The position numbers and the translations under genes are program-made. A stretch of DNA of 11,039 nucleotides from Nanobdellota archaeon (GTDB lineage Archaea; Nanobdellota; Nanobdellia; SCGC-AAA011-G17; GW2011-AR17), in the NCBI GenBank assembly GCA_016784245.1, contig JADHVA010000018.1, positions 1 to 11,039 on the forward strand. The letters are read 5' to 3'. Of this stretch, positions 6,677 to 11,039 are shown in pieces (the stretch's first letter is position 1; each line of letters begins with the position of its first letter). The notes below the pieces were generated by a model, which did not search any database, was not told the origin of the DNA, and saw only the letters and a list, made by a program, of their open reading frames with translations.

Positions 6677-7356
6677 ATAAGGTAGTAATATTTGGTGCAA
6701 TGCCTCAAGAAATTGTAGCATATAATGAAAGAGTTAAGTCTGGTGAATGGGACTGTGAAGTCTTTGTAGAAAGTACTGGTGTTGGAAAAGTTGCAGCAGC
6801 GATGGTTACACAAAAAGCAATTTCAGAAAGAAATCCGGACTATATTATTTTTTCTGGAGTTGCTGGTGGATTAGAAGCTGGATTGAAAATTGGAGATATA
6901 GGTATCTGTGAAATTGGAATTGATTCTGATCTTGATGCTAGGTCTTGGAATCCAAGTTTGGAAAGAGGAGAACAACCTTTCTCAGGAAATAGAATCTATA
7001 GATCTAATGAAAATCTTGTAGATATTGCTTTTGATTCTGGAAATGATAAATTATTTAGAGGATATGTTGCAAGTGGTTCAGCTTTTTTGAATGCAGAAGA
7101 AAAAACTGATTTTGTTCAGAATATTTTGCCTGAACTGGAAACAGAGAATGTACTTCCTAATGTTTATGATATGGAAAGTTCTGCTGTGATGCAAGTTGCA
7201 AATCAAAATGGAATTCCAGTTTTAGTAATCAGAGCAGTAAGTGACATAATTGAAGGAAATTCTGCAAGTGATTTTAATGAATTTATTAATGGAGCTGTTG
7301 AAAATTATGTTGGAGTCGTAGATCATTTGATAAAAAAATGGAATGGAGGGAAATAA
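6673..7356 (+). CDS. mtnN: 5'-methylthioadenosine/S-adenosylhomocysteine nucleosidase (Pfs/MtnN-type, PNP_UDP_1 fold), 227 aa.
   Basis: VVIFGAMPQE matches E. coli IGIIGAMEEE. TGVGKVAAA matches SGIGKVAAA. IRAVSDIIEG...FNEFI matches VRAISDVAD...FDEFL. Confidence 0.8.
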   Translation: MNKVVIFGAMPQEIVAYNERVKSGEWDCEVFVESTGVGKVAAAMVTQKAISERNPDYIIFSGVAGGLEAGLKIGDIGICEIGIDSDLDARSWNPSLERGEQPFSGNRIYRSNENLVDIAFDSGNDKLFRGYVASGSAFLNAEEKTDFVQNILPELETENVLPNVYDMESSAVMQVANQNGIPVLVIRAVSDIIEGNSASDFNEFINGAVENYVGVVDHLIKKWNGGK

Positions 7357-7357
7357 T

Positions 7358-8329
7358 TTATATAATAGTTTTCCAAAAAGTTTCAATCTCATCAATTCTC
7401 CATCTAGGATTGATGTCAAACTCTTTTTGTTTTCTTTTATTTTCTAAAAATCCTTGATAAGCTATCATAGCACCTTGGTCACCAGCATATTCTAAAGAAA
7501 CGGTGTAAGCTTTTGCTCCTCGAGCTTTACACATTTCGTGTAACATTTCTGAGAATCTTTTGTTTGCTGCAACTCCACCAATTAAAAGAACTTCATTTTT
7601 TTCACAATGTGCTAAAGCTCTTTCAGTGACCTCAATTAACATTGCAAAACAAGTTTCTTGTAAAGAAAAACATAAATCTTCTTTTGATTCTCCTTTATTG
7701 TATAAGTTAATTGCTTTTGTTATTATTCCTGAGAAATCTACATCCATTCCTTTTACTTTGTAAGGAAGATCAATTAGTTTTCCTTTCTTTGCAAGTTGTT
7801 CAACTTTTGGTCCTCCAGGAAAACCTAAACCTATCTTTCTTGCAAACTTGTCTAAAGCATTTCCTATAGCAATTGATAAAGCTTCTCCGAAAACTCTGTA
7901 TCTATCTCCTTCGTAGGCAATTACTTGAGTGTTTGCTCCAGAACAAAATAAGAAAATTGGATCTATAGCTTTTGTTGTGTTTAAACCAATTTCTAAGTGA
8001 GCTAAAATATGGTTAACTCCTATTAATTTTATCTTGTGTTCTTTTGAAAGTTCTAAAGCAAAGTCTCTTCCAACTAATAATGCAGGAGCCATACCTGGAC
8101 CTTCTGAGTAAGAAATTAAATCAATGTCTTTCATAGAAAGTTTAGATTTTTGTAAAGCTTTTTTTAGAATTTCATGTTTTACTTTATTATGGTGATCTGC
8201 AAGTTCGTTTGGAATCATTCCACCTTCTTCAGTTGTTAAAGTATCTTTTACATTTGTTAATATTTTGTTGTTGTTTGTTATTCCAATTCCGAATGTATGT
8301 GCAGTGCTTTCTATTCCTAATACTTTCAT
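7358..8329 (-). CDS. kae1: tRNA N6-adenosine threonylcarbamoyltransferase Kae1 (archaeal/eukaryotic type, KEOPS catalytic subunit), 323 aa. Not fused to Bud32.
   Basis: MKVLGIESTAHTFGIGIT...DTLTTEEGGMIP closely matches the Pyrococcus Kae1 N-terminus MLALGIEGTAHTLGIGIV. The HxxxH metal site is GVNHILAHLEIG. The C-terminal motif is GGVAANKRF. Confidence 0.9.
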   Translation of the reverse strand: MKVLGIESTAHTFGIGITNNNKILTNVKDTLTTEEGGMIPNELADHHNKVKHEILKKALQKSKLSMKDIDLISYSEGPGMAPALLVGRDFALELSKEHKIKLIGVNHILAHLEIGLNTTKAIDPIFLFCSGANTQVIAYEGDRYRVFGEALSIAIGNALDKFARKIGLGFPGGPKVEQLAKKGKLIDLPYKVKGMDVDFSGIITKAINLYNKGESKEDLCFSLQETCFAMLIEVTERALAHCEKNEVLLIGGVAANKRFSEMLHEMCKARGAKAYTVSLEYAGDQGAMIAYQGFLENKRKQKEFDINPRWRIDEIETFWKTII

Positions 8330-8361
8330 AAGAAAGAGAAACTAAGTTTTGTTTTTAAAGT

Positions 8362-9777
8362 TTACTCTGATAACTGTTCGCCTCTAGATTGGCTTTCTCT
8401 CCAACCAGAAGGAGTTATTTCAATGAACTCCGCATTATCTTGCATTTCTTTAATGTTTCTTGCACCACAATAACTAATTCCACTTCTTAAACCTTTTATT
8501 AAACTTTCAATAACTCCTTTAACTGGTCCTTTGAAGTCCACTAATATTGCAACACCTTCTACGAAAACATTAATGTTTTCTTTGTAAGTTTTCATTTCTA
8601 ATTTTTCTTTTCTTTCATGATTACTATCATAAGAAGCTGATCCCATGTATCTCTTGAATCTTTTTCCATTTTTCATAATAACTCTTCCTGGAGTTTCTTT
8701 TGTTCCTGCAAAAAATGAACCGGAGAAAACAGAACTTGCACCAGCAGCAATTGCTTTTGAAAGATCACCGGGATATTTTGCACCACCATCAGCACAAACA
8801 GGAATGTTGTGTTCTCTTGCTATTCTAACTACATCCATGATTGCAGTTAATTGTGGAACACCAGAACCTGAAATAATTCTTGTAGTACAAACAGCAGAAG
8901 GACCAATCCCAACTTTTAATCCGTCAGCTCCAGCTTCTATTAAATCTAATGCAGCTTCTGAAGTTGCAATGTTACCAGCCATTAAATCAATACTGAAATT
9001 TTGCTTAATTTCTTTTATTCTTTGAATTGCTAAATCAGAATGACAATGTGCAATGTCTAAAATAATTACATCAGCTCCAGCTCGAACTAAAGATGAAACT
9101 CTTTCTAAAGTATCTTTAACACCAACAGCTGCACCAACTCTTAAACTTCCTTTTGAATCTCTGTTTGCATTTGGCCATTTTTCTAATGTTTCAATATCAG
9201 TAGTTGTGATTAAACCTGCAAGTTTTTCATTTTCAGTTAAAATTAATTTTTCTATTCTGTTTTTTTGTAATATCTTTTTTGCTTCTTCTAATGAAATTCC
9301 TTTTGGAGCAGTAATTAATTTTTCTTTAGGAGTCATTATTTCTGAAATTTTTGTAGTATCGTCTCTGAATAAATAATCTCTTCTAGTTAGAATTCCACCA
9401 AGCTCATCTCCTTGTAATACAATTAAACTAGTAATACCAAATCTGTTCATAATCTCTTTAGCTTCTTTTAAAGAATAATAACTTTGGATAGTTAATGGGT
9501 GCTCAATAATATATGATGTACTTTTTTTAACTTTTTTAATTTCATTAACTTGGTCTTGAATTGTAGTAAATTGATGAATAACTCCAAGGCCACCAGCTCT
9601 TGCCATAGCAATAGCCATCTCATGTTCTGTAACTGTAGCCATGTTAGAACTAATTAATGGGATATTTAGTGGAATATTTCTTGTAAATAGAGTTTTAATG
9701 TCAGATTCCTTTCTTGATTTTAAAGAAGTTCTCTTAGGAATTAGAAGGACATCATTATAAGTTAAGCCTTTTTTCAT
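8362..9777 (-). CDS. guaB: Inosine-5'-monophosphate dehydrogenase with an internal CBS pair, 471 aa.
   Basis: The catalytic loop GIGPSAVCTTR contains the active-site Cys. The TIM-barrel motifs are GGLGVIH and DGG...GSFFAG. Two CBS motifs lie between residues ~90-200. Confidence 0.9.
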   Translation of the reverse strand: MKKGLTYNDVLLIPKRTSLKSRKESDIKTLFTRNIPLNIPLISSNMATVTEHEMAIAMARAGGLGVIHQFTTIQDQVNEIKKVKKSTSYIIEHPLTIQSYYSLKEAKEIMNRFGITSLIVLQGDELGGILTRRDYLFRDDTTKISEIMTPKEKLITAPKGISLEEAKKILQKNRIEKLILTENEKLAGLITTTDIETLEKWPNANRDSKGSLRVGAAVGVKDTLERVSSLVRAGADVIILDIAHCHSDLAIQRIKEIKQNFSIDLMAGNIATSEAALDLIEAGADGLKVGIGPSAVCTTRIISGSGVPQLTAIMDVVRIAREHNIPVCADGGAKYPGDLSKAIAAGASSVFSGSFFAGTKETPGRVIMKNGKRFKRYMGSASYDSNHERKEKLEMKTYKENINVFVEGVAILVDFKGPVKGVIESLIKGLRSGISYCGARNIKEMQDNAEFIEITPSGWRESQSRGEQLSE

Positions 9778-9799
9778 GACTTATTTTTTAAGACTTATA

Positions 9800-9845
9800 T
9801 TGCTTTAAATATATTTATGAATTAGAGTAGTTTTAAATATTTGGA
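9800..9845. promoter_or_regulatory. Divergent promoter region with two copies of TTTAAATAT(A/T) (9804-9813 and 9832-9841). Probable leaderless or near-leaderless starts for guaB (minus) and the Nudix gene (plus).
   Basis: Each palindromic TATA-like box sits ~25-28 nt from the start codon of the gene it faces. The intergenic gap is 83 bp. Confidence 0.35.
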
Positions 9846-9860
9846 GATTATTATATTATT

Positions 9861-10274
9861 ATGCCACAAGAATTTTCAGTAGGAGCTGTAATATATAATG
9901 GAAAAGAGTTTTTATTAGTAAAATATATACCAGGACATTGGGGTTTAGTCAAAGGGAAATGTGAAAGTGGTGAAAATAAAGAAGATACCTTGAGAAGAGA
10001 ACTGTTTGAAGAAACAGGAATAAAAGGAGTTTTCTTGGCAAAAGATTTTAGTGTTAGTGAAAAATATTTTTTTAAGAGAAAAGTTGGAACTATCTATAAA
10101 GAAGTTGAATATCTTTTAGGAGAAGTTCAAGTTAAAGAAGTAAAATTATCAAAAGAACATTTAGATTATAAGTGGTTAAGTTTTGAAGAAGCTATGGGTT
10201 TGGTAACTTTTAAATCTACTAAGAATGTTTTGAAGGATGCTCATGATTATTTGAAAATGCATGGTGGATTTTAA
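9861..10274 (+). CDS. Nudix hydrolase, 137 aa.
   Basis: A perfect Nudix box is present: GKCESGENKEDTLRRELFEETGI, which fits Gx5Ex7REUxEExGU. Confidence 0.85.
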   Translation: MPQEFSVGAVIYNGKEFLLVKYIPGHWGLVKGKCESGENKEDTLRRELFEETGIKGVFLAKDFSVSEKYFFKRKVGTIYKEVEYLLGEVQVKEVKLSKEHLDYKWLSFEEAMGLVTFKSTKNVLKDAHDYLKMHGGF

Positions 10275-10837
10275 GCTGCGAATTTTTTTCTTTTTTTGGA
10301 AATATCTATTCCTTTTTGTAAATCATGTAATTCTTCAATATCTTCTAATTCTTTTTTAGTTTTTTTTATTTGAGAAATAGTATCACTTCTTTTATAGTGT
10401 TCAAATAATGCATGATATACTGACATTATTTCCCCTAATAATCTTTTTTCATCGCCCAATTCAGTATTAAATCTTGTTTCAATTTGGTTAAATTTGATTA
10501 TAATAAAATTTAAATTTTCTACAGCTTTTAATAAAAGTTGTTTAATATTTTTATCTGGAAGAGGTTTTTCTGATTCTTCTTTTGCTAAAACTACTTTCCA
10601 ATCTGCAATAATTTTATTAAGTCTTACGAAAGCAACTAGAGATTCTCTTTTTTTTAATTCAATTTCTCTTTTTTGTTCTTTATTTAGTTCTTCTTTTTTT
10701 TGAGATTTTTTAGGATTTTTTTTAATAGTTGTTTGGGTTTTTATACCAAATACTCTTTTTATGAATTTAACAAAACTATTATTTTCATTCTCTTTAGTAT
10801 CTTCTTGAGTAAAATCTGTTTCTAAAGCTGGACTCAT
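10271..10837 (-). CDS. Hypothetical Lys/Glu-rich protein with predicted coiled coil, 188 aa. Its 3' end overlaps the Nudix gene by 4 bp.
   Basis: Long ORF, strongly charged (KKNPKKSQKKEELNKEQKREIELKKRE...). No recognisable family. Confidence 0.55.
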   Translation of the reverse strand: MSPALETDFTQEDTKENENNSFVKFIKRVFGIKTQTTIKKNPKKSQKKEELNKEQKREIELKKRESLVAFVRLNKIIADWKVVLAKEESEKPLPDKNIKQLLLKAVENLNFIIIKFNQIETRFNTELGDEKRLLGEIMSVYHALFEHYKRSDTISQIKKTKKELEDIEELHDLQKGIDISKKRKKFAA

Positions 10838-10868
10838 AAAGTATTAATAGATATTAGAATTTAAAAAG

Positions 10869-11039
10869 TTAAGCTTTTGTTATAATCTCTACAACATCTC
10901 TATTTTTTAATACGTGATCTTTACCAACAGTTCTTTTAGTTTTAACATCAATTGCTCTAATGAAACCTTTACCAATGTCTGTGTGAAGTCTAAAAGCAAA
11001 GTCTAAAGCTGTAGCACCATTTTTTAATAAGAAACAATC
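10869..11039 (-). CDS. C-terminal TGS domain of a DRG/Obg-family GTP-binding protein (partial; the gene continues beyond the window end).
   Basis: The reverse-strand translation reads ...DCFLLKNGATALDFAFRLHTDIGKGFIRAIDVKTKRTVGKDHVLKNRDVVEIITKA*. This resembles the DRG C-terminus ...HKDLAKGFKYA...KVGKDHVLEDEDVIQIV. Confidence 0.6.
   Translation of the reverse strand, partial: DCFLLKNGATALDFAFRLHTDIGKGFIRAIDVKTKRTVGKDHVLKNRDVVEIITKA

Noticed and set aside
6394-6813. Minus-strand 139-aa ORF spanning the MVP/nucleosidase junction.
   Set aside because: Antisense to two homology-supported genes. It is Cys/Asn/Phe-rich junk composition.
7222-7763. Small ORFs 7222..7419 (-) and 7560..7763 (+).
   Set aside because: They overlap the nucleosidase and Kae1 genes on the wrong strand or frame, with no independent support.
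8645-9376. Plus-strand ORFs 8645..9025 and 9053..9376 inside guaB.
   Set aside because: Antisense to IMP dehydrogenase, which has unmistakable catalytic motifs. The antisense translations are low-complexity.
1-11039. Eukaryotic origin or contamination as an explanation for the MVP-like gene.
   Set aside because: Gene density is ~90% coding with 1-30 bp spacers. ATGA stop/start overlaps, SD sites and Lrp/AsnC are present. GC and codon usage are uniform across the MVP-like gene and its neighbours. All of this indicates a native prokaryotic (archaeal) locus.
1-11039. CRISPR arrays, rRNA/tRNA genes, transposases or integrases.
   Set aside because: No direct-repeat/spacer periodicity, no GC-rich structured RNA islands, and no ORFs with recombinase or transposase motifs were seen.

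Overview
This window is a low-GC (~30%), gene-dense, prokaryote-style locus that I assign to an archaeon. The assignment rests on a Kae1 of archaeal type, the C-terminus of a DRG/TGS GTPase, a tandem Lrp/AsnC regulator, Shine-Dalgarno sites and palindromic TTTAAATA boxes. Twelve protein-coding genes are supportable, two of them truncated by the window edges. The housekeeping genes are IMP dehydrogenase (guaB), Kae1 (t6A synthase), a Nudix hydrolase, a D-2-hydroxyacid dehydrogenase and a Pfs/MtnN-type MTA/SAH nucleosidase. The accessory genes are an extremely acidic secreted surface protein with three CARDB-like beta-sandwich domains and a membrane anchor followed by a poly-Asp tail, a PIN-like protein, and three proteins of unknown function. 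The standout is the CDS at 4970..6676. By direct reading it is an unmistakable homolog of the eukaryotic major vault protein (MVP), with MVP repeats, the LGPDF shoulder domain and cap-helix coiled coil. It is shorter than animal MVP (~569 aa versus ~890 aa). It is translationally coupled, through an ATGA overlap and an internal GGAGGTGA Shine-Dalgarno site, to the MTA/SAH nucleosidase gene. It is divergently paired with the tandem Lrp/AsnC regulator. I found no rRNA, tRNA, CRISPR array or transposase.
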